Shown: piece by piece, positions 1 to 11,366 of the stretch
Position numbering within the stretch: position 1 is the first letter of the stretch
How the letters are laid out: each line of letters opens with the position of its first letter
Assembly: GCF_964355755.1 (NCBI RefSeq)
Contig: NC_092670.1
Span: forward strand, 29,252,388 to 29,316,387
Origin: Antedon mediterranea
Lineage: Eukaryota > Animalia > Echinodermata
DNA: 64,000 nt
Direction: 5' to 3'
Position numbers and translations under genes: made by a program
The notes under the pieces: generated by a model
The model's input: the letters and a program-made list of their open reading frames with translations, nothing else
Told to the model about the DNA's origin: nothing
Databases searched by the model: none

Positions 1-927
1 ATGTACTCTTATAATTCGAGAAAAACCTTTAACTGAAAGTTCCATTTGGAGACTGAACTATATAAATATATCACATAAACTGATTGATTGGTGTTTATCT
101 GCACTTTAAAGGTTGAAAGACAAAGGCAATTACTGCAAGGTTGATGACTAATTGCCACTGAATGCCTGACTGTAATTATAAACAGTGTAATTGATTAATT
201 CCACTTTCTATCAAACCAGGGAGTTGTTATTAGATGGAGTAACAACAAATTTATCAACTGATCTACAGCCAATAAGCGACGAGCGGTATACAGGAACCTC
301 AAAGGATTATGCAGTCAACTGGCACTAATTTCCTGCCTTTTGTTTGGAGTCTACTTTGCCGACGATGCCAGGCCCTCTATCGCCGGGATTCGTCCATTTT
401 GAGTAAAGACTTTCGATGCATTCCTGACAAACAAACATTGTAGGCATGCGCAGATGATTCCTTCTTCGTCTATAGCTTTACAATTTGTTTACGTCATTAG
501 AGAATTCTGCAATATATATTTTACAAAAAACCGCTTTAAATTCCGACCTTTCGTTAAAAAGTTACGATAATTCAAAGTGTATGTTCATCTGTTTGTTTGT
601 AGACCTTCTTTCGTGATTTTCAGAGACTTTTGGTAAGTTTTAAAGTTAATATTTGATATTTTCCGCACGTTTCTCCATTTTAACACCAGCGCTAATATTT
701 AAAAGAGTATGTCTTCTATCATTCTCTTGATATCTTATTTTCTTACAGTTTCTTACATAATCGTAATTTTGGTTAAAATACAACATGTTTTTATAGGTGT
801 GGGCATGTTGTCAGTAGTGATAAACGCCAGCGTGTAATCTGGGTAATTAACACCCTCCGATCGTATGTTTGTTGGCGGCTGGAATCGCCGATTCTGGTGA
901 TGCACTAGGTACACCACCAGGGCCTAG

Positions 928-970
928 GCCTAGCCAGGGAGATGGTCTAATAACAAATCCCTGGCCTAGC
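928..970. mobile_element. Excision footprint of the 217-2759 family
   Basis: GCCTAGC + CAGGGAGATGGTCTAATAACAAATCCCTG (935-963, matches both TIR tips) + GCCTAGC. Confidence 0.85.
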
Positions 971-1188
971 CCTCTCCCATAAATAGGCCTAGGCCCCTGC
1001 ACGTATGCTAGGCGGGGAATTACCTATATAACTAAGCATAGCCTATAGAATAGGCCTATATAATTATAGGATGTCCACTATAAATAATAATTAATATTAA
1101 TACAATTCTATGACTATGTATGAATGTACTGACTGTAATTTATTTTGTTGTCTTCCTGTTATTCATTATAGGAATTTGTACTGTAATA

Positions 1189-1584
1189 ATGGAAATACAG
1201 GCTATTTGTCGTTTATGTGGGCGAGAGACTGCTGCATCTGACTCAAGACGTCTAATTTTGAAATCTGATTATTCAGATTTAATCCAGCGTGCACTACAAG
1301 TAGATGTGAACACGGATATTCTCCCACCATACAGTTGTAACAACTGTAGAGTAAAACTTGACACATGGAAGAAGAATATGCGCTCTAAAAAGAAGGATGT
1401 AAAAATTGGAATAAACCTTGCTGATTTTGATTCCAGTGAAAAACAGACAGAAGAATCTTTTTTCTGTGAGGCAGCAGTAGTTGCATTGCATCTCAAATGG
1501 GATACATTCTTTGGAAAGGAGAAGACAAACACATGTTTACAAACATTGTTATTTGTACATGATTGTACATGTATTTATTTTTAA
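1189..1584 (+). pseudogene. Truncated transposon ORF with CxxC...CxxC zinc-binding domain resembling RAG1/Chapaev N-terminal domain
   Basis: ICRLCG...DLIQRALQVDVNTDILPPYSCNNC resembles RAG1 LCRICG...DLIAKVFRIDVKAD..IHPTEFCHNC (recalled, not aligned). Likely ATG at 1189 just after an acceptor-like TTCATTATAG ending 1171. ORF runs into AT-rich sequence after ~1530. Confidence 0.65.
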
Positions 1585-1649
1585 ATATGTATTTAATACA
1601 AAGAATTAAAAAATGACTCAGTATATCGATTATTTTTATTTACAGTATA

Positions 1650-2476
1650 TCATTCATTAAAAGCCTTGGTTACATTTAGATATACAGTACTGTTCAGTAC
1701 TTGATTTTTCTTCTGCACTGTAGCCCCTTTCTTCTTTGTCTGTGCAGGGAGTTCCCTGGTCTGTGCAGGAACATCTTTGTCTAGAATTGAAAAAAAAACA
1801 ATTAACATAACTCCCTGGTCATACATTTAATCAGGCGTTGTCAATTTAACTCCCGGCATTTGTTAACAAATGAAAAATACATAAATCTTCCCAATTGTCA
1901 GTAGTGACAGCCCAGGTCATAATTAATAAATGGAAATAATACTGCATCATCAGAAAGTTGTTTTTATTGGGGTAGGCCTAGCCCCTACTTGACCGTCCCT
2001 TCCTTCCTTCCTGATGAAATATTAAAGTTCAATGAATAAATACCTGTAAAAAAAAGGCAACGTAAAAGGCCTCCTTTCTTTCCTAGAGATTCTAGCTAGG
2101 AACGGTAGGCTGCAGTAGTATCAAATATTGAATAGGCTACACCAGTTACTAACCTGTTTCTTGAGTAGTAGTAGTACTACTAGGTCGCTTAACACTAGGC
2201 CTACTTGAGCCAGGCCTATGCCCAATATTATTAACGTCGTGTTGTTGACAGCATTGCTCACAAACCCATTTGCCAGCTGGAACTTCAGAAGATGTGAGCA
2301 GTGAGCTTCACACATTCAAAATGGAACCATTCATTAGGACATGCTTTTCCTTCACAAGCGATCATTTGATCGTCAGAACTTTCCCCACATGGGCAATACA
2401 TTGGCACATTTTCATTTAGATCAACATCTTCTAAATCGCTATCATCGAAATCTAAATCGGAAAAGTCTACGTACAT
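1650..2476 (-). pseudogene. Two-exon acidic-tract + ING-type PHD finger gene, frameshifted
   Basis: Exon 1 (2476-2154): MYVDFSDLDFDDSDLED..YCPCG..MIACEGKACPNEWFHFECVKL; removing a 7-nt near-duplication (2294-2306) continues TSSEVPAGKWVCEQC, completing C4HC3. Donor AG/GTTAGT at 2153, acceptor polyT-CAATTCTAG at 1781, phase-compatible exon 2 (1780-1650) ending in TGA, AATAAA at 1640-1635. Confidence 0.75.
1738..1765. mobile_element. Excision footprint of the same family, in frame in PHD-gene exon 2
   Basis: GTCTGTG + CAGGGAGTTCCCTG (1745-1758) + GTCTGTG; net +21 nt. Confidence 0.8.
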
Positions 2477-2805
2477 CGGTATAGAAGTCGTCAGTTGTCA
2501 TTGTGTGTCGCGATTGTATCATCTGGCTTTCTGAAACACCATGACGATGTGTGACTTAGGCCAGAGTTATTCAAGCGAAGCGAAGCAACTTTGACTTTTC
2601 TGCGCATGCGCGTGTCATTGATTACGTCAGGGAAAATTGTTTATTTGATGAGGAACTGTTTATCGGGGATTAAGTCTTATCTATTTTACTTCCTGTCGGA
2701 AAAGTAGACTGATCAAAAGAACATACTATGATGTTACTCCATCTAATAACAACTCCCTGATCAAACTACCTGTAAAGTAATTGAAGCGCTATTATGTAAG
2801 TCTGT

Positions 2806-3089
2806 GGCTGTGTTTGGACGTAAAATCAGTTACATGTGTAACTTTACATGTGTAATCAGTGATCGTTTGGCCGATGAACAATTTGCAAGTGTAAACAGTC
2901 ATATTTCATGCATCTCTTTACACTATTAAGGTCAAATTGCTCCTTAGCTTGCGGTTAATCAGCTTGCAGTTTAAGGTGTAATTGAAAAATCCACCTCATG
3001 AGGTGAATTTTTGTAACAGCAAGTTTATCTCAAAATTTACACCACAAGCGACCATTACACGTGTAAATTTATTCCGTCCAAACGAGCTC
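2806..3089. mobile_element. PIF/Harbinger-like MITE
   Basis: Imperfect TIRs GGCTGTGTTTGGACG / CGTCCAAACGAGCTC; TSD not clear. Confidence 0.5.
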
Positions 3090-4226
3090 ACTGATATGTC
3101 ACAGACTATTAAGATCTTTAGATTCATTCAAATTGAATTGAAACAGTTCAGAAATAAAAATAGCTAATATAATAGCAATTTACAGTAAATTAAATGATAC
3201 AATAATAGGAAATGTTTCAGGGGATCGAAATTAGAAGTAGAAGAACTTGTCTTATACCAACCCATAAACAGAAAAAAAGACAATTAAACAATTGCATGAC
3301 ATAATCATTAGCTAATGTTGAATATAAATAATAATCATAATTATTTTAAATATTTTATTAATCAAAATTATAATTGTATTTGGATTTGGATTTTCTTAAA
3401 GGTATGGCGCACACACAAGAGATTTTTCCCAAACATGTAATCAGGGCAAGTCATTCAGAATATGATATTAAAATGATTGACAAAAATATCATTACCAGTG
3501 CTGTTTTTTCCACTAAATACCACATAGATCTCAAGGTTGCATTGAAAGATTTGTATAATGGATATTAAAATAAGGACATTTGATCATCATTTTATCTACT
3601 ACTTAATAGGGACTTAGTGGTTGTCCTCTTGAATACTCCACAAGGAAGTCTGATTCCAATAGAACAGTAGGGTGACAAATGGAACGGGCATATTTTATCA
3701 TCCCTCTTATGTTTGGTAAACTCGATCACTATACAAGGACGGTGGTAAAACAGAGATTTTCAGTTATTGTTCTATGAATTGTGAAGACAAACATTAATAA
3801 GCAATGCCAATTTTGGGTGAAGTCTAATAGAAACTGACCATCATACCACCTTGTTTTGTAAATTCTTTAAAAAAATTATTTTAGTTAACAAGTCAAGTCA
3901 ATTATCATTTATTATCATTTGTTTTAAGAAAAAACATAGAAATACTGATGCTCTGTTGGCGGAGCACAATATCCAACAGACACAATACAAACTAAAAAAC
4001 AAAAACATTACAAAAAAGTGTCTACATTATGTTTAAGGCTCTAATAGCTCCTGGAAAGAAACTATTTGTAAATCTTGCCTTATTGGCCTTAATAGAACGA
4101 AATCGCCGATCGCTGCGCATCAACTGGAACATACTAGAGGCCGGATGAAGCTTGAGAATCAAGTATTATACCTGTATATTGTAAATTAATTCATTGATAA
4201 AACTGAAAAGTATCTAGTATACAAGT

Positions 4227-4990
4227 AATGAATGTTATGAGTGTGATGGTACAAATAATGGCATGAGGTGAATTATTTCAACGAGGCGAAGCCGAGTTGA
4301 TATATAACCTTTTATCATTCACCAAATGTACCATTACACAAATATAAAAAACATTCATTATTTGGTTTATATAACATGCTAAATAGATTCCTGTCATTTG
4401 AATCAAATAAAAGGTACAAGGCCTACATTTGATTAACATTGATTAAAACAGTAACATTTGGTTTTTAATAATATTAAATATTATATTTATATAGATTTTA
4501 TAAACACCCCTACTGTAGTGTTAATTATGTCAACAAACGACAAAACAATCCTAAGCCTAGCAAGGCTAAAATGCCTAGGCCTAGCCTAAACTACTAAACT
4601 ATAATACTAACAGGCCTAGAGGCCTAGCCTACTAGCTAGGCTACTTCGACAGGCAATTTGAACTCATCTAGGCTAATTATGTTTTTTCCAACAATTCCAC
4701 GATGTTCCCACAAAAAAAAAAAAAAAAATCCTACAAACGATCTAAAGCTAATTTAAATGCCTTTTTGATCTACATTAGTACATATCTCTCCAAAAATGTA
4801 CTTCCATCGTGAAGTCATAACATTCAATCTTTGATCGCGGCGAAAGTACAAAATAGGCACAAGAAAAAAACTTTTTTTTAGTACACGAAAAAAAGTCTAT
4901 TAAATGATCGTTTAATAGTGCATACTATTGCACGCCATGTGACCTACAATCGTCCAATCAAATGACAGGAATTTATTTAGGTGTTATATA
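4227..4990. mobile_element. Non-autonomous element with terminal hairpin plus asymmetric inverted repeats (Crypton-like)
   Basis: Imperfect palindrome 4227-4360 (TAATGAATGTT...AACATTCATTA) centred on AGGCGAAGCCG. IR TATATAACA..TAAATAGATTCCTGTCATTTGA (~4368-4401) pairs with TCAAATGACAGGAATTTATTTAGGTGTTATATA (~4958-4990). Confidence 0.55.
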
Positions 4991-7109
4991 ATATTGTATA
5001 TAACATAATGTTATTTAACCTAGTTTAGTATTCTTTCCCGATTCTATTAAAATAAATAAGACTAGTTTGTTTCAAGATTGAAATTTTGATTCTGGTTTGA
5101 TGTTTAGAATGAAGGCGACATGCGGTATTGGTTTATTTTTCCTTTCACGTTCTTCTCATACCGTCACGGTTTATTTTGATTTATGCTTTCTTCCTAACCT
5201 CATGTAGGTATTTTGAAATGCTGATAACTCAAGTACATGAATGTTTCTACGAATAATAGTTTTGAGTGTAAATTTTAGTATGTGCAGTGTTAAAATGGAG
5301 GCAATTTGATAACATTGTGTAACACAATATGTAGTTTTATATCATTTTGTGTAAAGAAGTAAATCAGGTTTAATGAATTGATACAGTTTTACAGTATTAC
5401 TATCAGTATCACCCAGCTTTTAAAGTTAGGATCACCAAGGTAGGATTTTGTTATTTATTCTGCCTAGCTTACCAATACCTACCAATACTATAACTGGCAT
5501 GATTATTGTGGTGTTTTAGGTTTCTTCCATTTGGTGGGATTTGTGCATTGTACAATTCAGGTGTAAGTACTCATCCTAGAGAGAATAGGGCCAGTGTTGG
5601 TTTATCCGTTGCTTTTTAAATTCGGAACTTAGGCTAGAGGAACTGTTGTTGGTTTACTGTTATTGTATTTCTAGATGATAGATGTTCATAATAATTAGAA
5701 ATACTACTATTATTAAGTATGTTGTACGTGTAGTGGTATTGTTAGTTTATAGCACAATAGGAATAAAAAAGCATCCTATTCAACTTTAGTAACAGGTTTT
5801 TGTAAACTTGGTGGGAAATTATTCAAATGTGAGAGCTTATTAGGAATAAAACAACTATCATTTTGAATCTCGCATTGCGATTATTTTATGTTTTTTAACT
5901 ATAAAGTAGGTATGTGACATTTGAACATAATCGCTTGTGAGCTAGAGTATAGATTTCAACCTCAGGTAGTGATTGCCATGATAAATAAGTTTCAAAAGAA
6001 TTCAGTCATAAATCATTCTACTGTAGTTTGTAGTATTACACAAATATCAAAATATTTATCCACTTGTAAGTAAGCAGCAACATTTGTGTGTGGTTCACTA
6101 GTTATTTTACAAGAAAGTCAAGAAGTATTATGTTTGTTCAGGTATTTCTAGCATGTCATTCAACTAATATTGATATTAATACTAATGAATTGCAGTTTTT
6201 ATTGAGGTTTTAATTCCTAATGAGAAAACATGCTGTGAAAAGAAAATGTACTTAAAATAACCTTGGTGAAGTCATGCTACTATGAACCAAATCAACTATG
6301 TAATTTAATTTTCGGGATTAACACCTCTTTTTAAAATTTTTTATTTTTCTTTTCTTTTCTATATAAGTTACCTGGATAAACTGACATTATCGTGCTCTTT
6401 TGAGGGAGAGCTACGTTACAAAAAAGTACTTGAAGTTTCCCTCTTTCATGATGGACTAGTAAAAAAACACAGCCTTAGGGTATGTTCAGACTCACGGAGT
6501 TACGGTGGAGTTATGTAAGCGACCTAATTTTTGTGTCTGAACCATGCCGCGGATTAGCGTTCGGGAGCTGTAACTCCGCGCCAGTGGCGTTAATAACTCT
6601 AGCGGGAGAGGGTTGATTTCATAACGCTAATCCAGTGATGCATCAGTGATTTTAACCTTAACCAATGAAAATACACGACCACGATTAACAGACAGCAACT
6701 ACATACCCCTGTACCCTACGATACGACAGCAAAATAGCTACTGTATGTCAAATGTATTTTCAGGTTCAGATTTTAAAGAACAGTAAAGTTGGCGTCAGTG
6801 ATACGATATTTTCATAAATTAAATCAATTAATCAGATAATTGTCCGTGTAACAATTAAATTTTAAATTATTTTGAATTAAAATGCAATTCTACAAGTAGT
6901 AAGAACAATTCAGTATATTTGAAGGTAAAACATTATATAAATAAAAAAAACAAAAAACCATGTAAACAATGTTAACTTTCATGCCTCTATATCGTGCCTG
7001 CTTACCTGGATAAACCCGACATAAGCCCTTTTCCACGAAGTGCGAAACAATTACGAAAAGAAGAATTTAGCGGTAGCTCACCTCCGTGATAAATGGGACA
7101 GTCTGCTAT

Positions 7110-7124
7110 AGCGCCCTCTAGTGG
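7110..7124 (-). promoter_or_regulatory. CTCF-like motif
   Basis: AGCGCCCTCTAGTGG is the reverse complement of CCACTAGAGGGCGCT, close to the CTCF core consensus. Motif match only. Confidence 0.35.
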
Positions 7125-7448
7125 GACCACTCCCACGTAGTACCGTCATCATTTCTTTTCGTATCGTCGTACTGACAACACAAAGTTTTTTGAAGAGAAG
7201 ATTTCGAATTCCAAGGTATTCAAGAGTCTAATAAAGACAGAGTCAAGCTAGCCGAGGCTAAGTTTATCGTTTTATAAATTAGATACGTTGGAATACGTTG
7301 CCTTTGTTTACTTAAACAAGGCAGAAATACCGTTATTTATCGTTTATTTTAAACTTGATACGTTGGAAGCCGTTGCTTCTATAATGAGGTTATTCTCGGC
7401 GCCGCGCCTGTTCCCGCTGCGGCCTCTGCGATCCTGGACCCTACTGAG

Positions 7449-8033
7449 TTGTCTCCGGCGATTCTGCATGCCATTGCGGCGGCGGTTAGGGCTATACCAA
7501 AGGATGAGCCTGCGGTGGCCCCAGTTCAACGTCCTCCTATTCCGTACTATCCGGTGCCCCCTCCTCAGACACCACTACCACCTTTTTCTGAAAGTCCTTC
7601 GATGGAGGAAGGCTATTCAAGCGATCGGACTATGGTCACGCTCTCGGATGAGGAGAGAGCCGCGTCGCTTAGGGGGCCCGGCGAGGAGGGATTACAGGCG
7701 CTCGTGAACAGAGTTCTTCCGGCGGTACTGGTATATCTGGGAATCGACTTCTCACTCCGCGAGCCTAAGCCGACGCCTTCGACTAAGCGGTTTTCGACTT
7801 TCGGCGTGCGTACGCCGCTTAGGAAGAGTACTACCTGTCCGGTGGTGCCACTCGACCCGGAGTTGGTCGACCGCTTGGATACGCTTGCTCGCGATTCGAC
7901 GTCAACACGTCGCGCAGCTCCGTACATTCTCTCGTTTGCCTTTCCGGTGCCGTCAGCGCAGTTTGATAAATACATCATAGCACCGGGAGTGCCTGATGCA
8001 GCCAAGGACTACAGACAGACTACACAACAATGA
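7449..8033 (+). pseudogene. Gag/ORF1-like fragment of DIRS-type element
   Basis: 194-aa GC-rich open frame without ATG. Pro/Ser-rich then VPLDPEL...FPVP...YIIAPGVP, reminiscent of DIRS ORF1. Truncated. Confidence 0.45.
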
Positions 8034-9347
8034 GTTTCAAAGATAGGTCATTAGGTCTGTTGTATTTTATATTGCTTGATCAGTTGTTGTTAGTTCCAAG
8101 TTGATCATGTAAATAGTATGACAATTATAATTATACTATGTATAAATGACTTAATAAATCGAATCTGAATCTTCCAAATTTTTTCAGTAACAAATTCTAG
8201 ACTTTCCCGAGTTTTTTGTGAAAATTAGTTGTGGGAATAGTTTCTATTTTTTGCAAAGCGAAAAATGTATGGAACCAATCAGAGCTCAGAAAAATCGCGC
8301 AGCTCAACACAGTTATTCGGACAAATTTTTATCTGAGAACACATAGAATTCGCAAGAATAATTTTGCCCAGTGGAAAACAGGTTTTAATTTCTACTACTA
8401 AAAGCAATAGAAGTATGAGTGCCACCAAATAACAATTGTATTGTGTACTAACATAGCAATATACTAGATCAATACTGTGGTAATGCAAGCCGATGCATTT
8501 CTTACCCTTTGGCAACTAAGTGCAATTAAATCACTTTGTCTCTGCCAAGCATTATTAATATTTCCAAAAGCATGTTGTACATACTGTATATGTAGTACAT
8601 TTTTTATACTGTAGTATATTTAAAATATAGTTAAATTAATGTAGAGTGCATCACAGATGGAACAATCGCAGTGAGTCGCGAATTATGCCTCATTGGCGAT
8701 ATTTGTTATAGGATACATGTTGTACTGTAAACTGTAATGCTCAATAGTTTTTTGCCATTTGCCTAGTTAATAATGTTAGACATGGAACAGTTTATTATTT
8801 TTCATTCATTATTTCATTATTTAAATCAACTGTATTGTTTTGATTTTCAGTTGTTTGTAAATTTTTCTGCAGAATAAATAAAAGGCACTCAATATTCAGT
8901 AATCAATTATTTTTGTTATACAAATTATACATATTATATTTATTAACTAAAAATGATTTCCATTTATAAATGTTTTAAAGGCAGTGTTATATTGGTATGA
9001 TCAATTAGCAAAGTTAAATTATCTAAAGTTTAAATAACCAGAAATGATTAATTTAAACTGATAAGTGTTTCAGGATGGTACGAATACAAATTTTGAGGGA
9101 ACTATTGTATAATATTACATAGCCTATGTAAATACGTGAACGTGATTGGTTGAAACTGCGTCAAATGACTACCGCTGCGAGGATCGTAAATCGTATATAT
9201 CCTAGAGAACGATGATATTGACTGAGTAATTTTCGCGTAATTATCGTGTCCCCTGTCATTAATCATATAAATTCTCGAGTTCGATGATATTGACTGTGTA
9301 ATTTTCGTGTGCAACACTCGCGTTTGCCGATAAATAAACAAAGTCAT

Positions 9348-9421
9348 CTACTGGATCTTGAACTCGGGATGGAATTGTCACTCCATCACAAGACAACGCT
9401 TCAACCGCTGCGCCACGGAAC
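9348..9421 (-). pseudogene. tRNA-derived (Pol III A/B box) segment inside family B
   Basis: Minus strand GTTCCGTGGCGCAGCGGTTGAAGCG...GAGTTCAAGATCC has A and B boxes; no clean cloverleaf. Also present at ~20097-20168. Confidence 0.5.
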
Positions 9422-9855
9422 TTGCTTGAAGAAATTAATCTTTTAAACTATTTAAGCTATGCATACATACCACCCTCATTTGTTATTAGTCCTCCCTAAA
9501 TGTGATGAAACACCGTTTGTGATTGGTCAAAACTCACGGTAGTAACCTAGTAACTAGTACGCGCTGAACATCCGGCGATTCGGCTCCTCGAAGAGAAGAA
9601 GACGAATTGTTTATTCGGCCTACCTGATTATAATATTATTATTAATAGGCTTATTGATGGAAATTCTTCTGTTAATTTAAACGACCTAGGCCTAAGTGAA
9701 TATTTTATTGCCAAGGAATCATTAATTAGTAATTATCTGTATATTATTCTTCACAAGGTAAGGTGTCTAGGCAGGCTTGTTTACATACAATAGAAATACT
9801 ATAGGAGGCCTAGCCTAGCTTCACCCAACCCAGCAGATTTGTTCTTGGCTATATA

Positions 9856-10703
9856 CTGTATATTTCGGTGTATAAGTCGCACTTTTGACACGCAAATTTG
9901 ACCTCTAAATTAAGGGTATATATATATATTATACACCGAACATTATGCCTCACACCACACAGATTGTACATATCGTCACCTCGTTGGCTAGGCCTAGGTA
10001 GCCTAGTAGGCTAGCTACAGTGTACTAACGTAACAGCAACCTGCTTCTGCCTAGTTTTCAAGGCATTTTAGCGTGATGTTATACTAAATATGATGAAAAG
10101 ATTTGTTCATTATGGAGCTGTTTTAGGTGCTCCGATAAAATTTCATTTGTAAACGTTTACGATTGGAATAGTATTTATCTATAGTTATACGCACGATCGC
10201 CGACCGCCGTACCCCCAGTGCAAGCCCTACTTAGCGGCCACATAATGGTCTATGGTATTCGACTAGTATTCTCCAGTTGATTATAGCATGGACCTAGCGT
10301 ATACACTTCTCGGATACATAGATACTAATCGAATACGATTGTCCGTGAAAACGTGCGCCCTCTCGAAATGATCGAGCGAGGCTAGCCCACACACGTGCGT
10401 GTTACACACGATCATGCACTCGATGTTGCGGGTGCGAAACTCATGAATAACAAGTTAGAAAGAACTTGTTGAGGCTGGGCGCGGCCAAGCCTAGGTAAGA
10501 AAAACTCTAAATAAAGGACTCCGTTGTAGATATAACAATATATTATTACAATAATATTGATTACAATTTAAAAAAAAACATTGTTTTGATGAAATATAAA
10601 GTGCGTCTTATACATCGACGATATAAAAAATACCGATATTTTACTCTCAGTTCCAGGAGGTGCGTCTTATACACAGGTGCGACTTATACACCGAAATATA
10701 CGG
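9856..10703. mobile_element. Tc1/mariner-superfamily (pogo/Tc2-like) MITE nested in family B
   Basis: TIR C(T/C)GTATATTTCGGTGTATAAGTCGCAC at both ends; TA TSD (9854-55, 10704-05); absent from paralogous copy near 11200. Confidence 0.9.
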
Positions 10704-11043
10704 TAATATAACAGATATCGCCTTTTATATCGGTTAAATATAAGATTTGACATCCCCTCGGGAATGATATTAAGTTCTCAGGAAATATATATTCCCTTGA
10801 ACTTAATATCATTCCCTCGGGGATGTCAAATCTTATATTTAACCTCTAAGCAGTCAATATCTGTATAATATGGTACCATAGAAGTACTTATACATTGTGA
10901 GGGAACTATTGTATAATTATAGTACCATATAGATTAAGTTTTGTTTTATATTTGTAATTAACTATTGTATATGATATGTTATCACACTTAAATAGATTGT
11001 GAGGGAACAACTATTGTATAATATGCTATCATAAGAGGGAACT

Positions 11044-11357
11044 ATTATATGTAGATATTGAGTGCTTAGAGGTTAAATATAAGATTTGACATCCCCGAGG
11101 GAATGATATTATGTTCGAAGGAATATATAATTCCCCAACAACATAATTATCATTCCCGATGTCAAATCTTATATTTTACTGATATAAAAAGGCGATATCT
11201 GTTATACTGTATTACATAGCCAACAACAAGTAGAATATCTGCTGGGTCGGGTAGCTAGGCTAGGCCTCCTTTTTGTATTGTATGTAAACAAGCCTGCCTA
11301 GACACCTTACCTTGCAAAAAATAATTTACAGATAAATACTAATTAATGATTCCTTGG
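11044..11357 (-). mobile_element. Family B partial copy 2 (inverted)
   Basis: Reverse complement of ~9710-9855 plus 10706-10868, including the hairpin. Confidence 0.8.
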
Positions 11358-11366
11358 ATGTTCCCC

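Larger units (their letters stand above)
217..2759. mobile_element. Non-autonomous TIR DNA transposon with 7-bp TSD, probably P superfamily, carrying two convergent genes
   Basis: TIR CAGGGAGTTGTTATTAGATGGAGTAACA at 217-244 and its exact reverse complement ending at 2759. Flanked by direct repeat ATCAAAC (210-216, 2760-2766). CA..TG ends with a 7-8 bp TSD fit P elements. No catalytic transposase domain visible. Confidence 0.9.
7002..8033 (+). mobile_element. DIRS-like retroelement 5' fragment
   Basis: TTACCTGGATAAAC motif at 7002, repeated at 6368. CpG-rich block with an ORF1-like frame ending abruptly at ~8030. Confidence 0.5.
9113..10870 (+). mobile_element. Crypton-like non-autonomous element (family B, copy 1) with embedded tRNA-like segment and ~160-bp terminal hairpin
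   Basis: Homologous copies at 11044-11357, 19573-20388 and 39519-39886. Hairpin ~10708-10868. Left tip TATTACATAGCC is inverted relative to GGCTAT(G)TAATA before the hairpin. Bounded by TGTATAATA direct repeats (9106-9114, 10862-10870). Confidence 0.65.

Noticed and set aside
1808-1824. Additional footprint (TAACTCCCTG)
   Set aside because: Only a right-end match; no left tip or 7-bp duplication found.
2285-2476. Host ING-family gene
   Set aside because: Lacks the ING N-terminal helical domain, lies within TIRs and is frameshifted.
217-2759. Bona fide ProtoRAG/RAG1-RAG2 locus
   Set aside because: No CAC heptamer/RSS-like TIR, TSD is 7 not 5 bp, no RAG1 core or kelch repeats; the PHD is ING-type.
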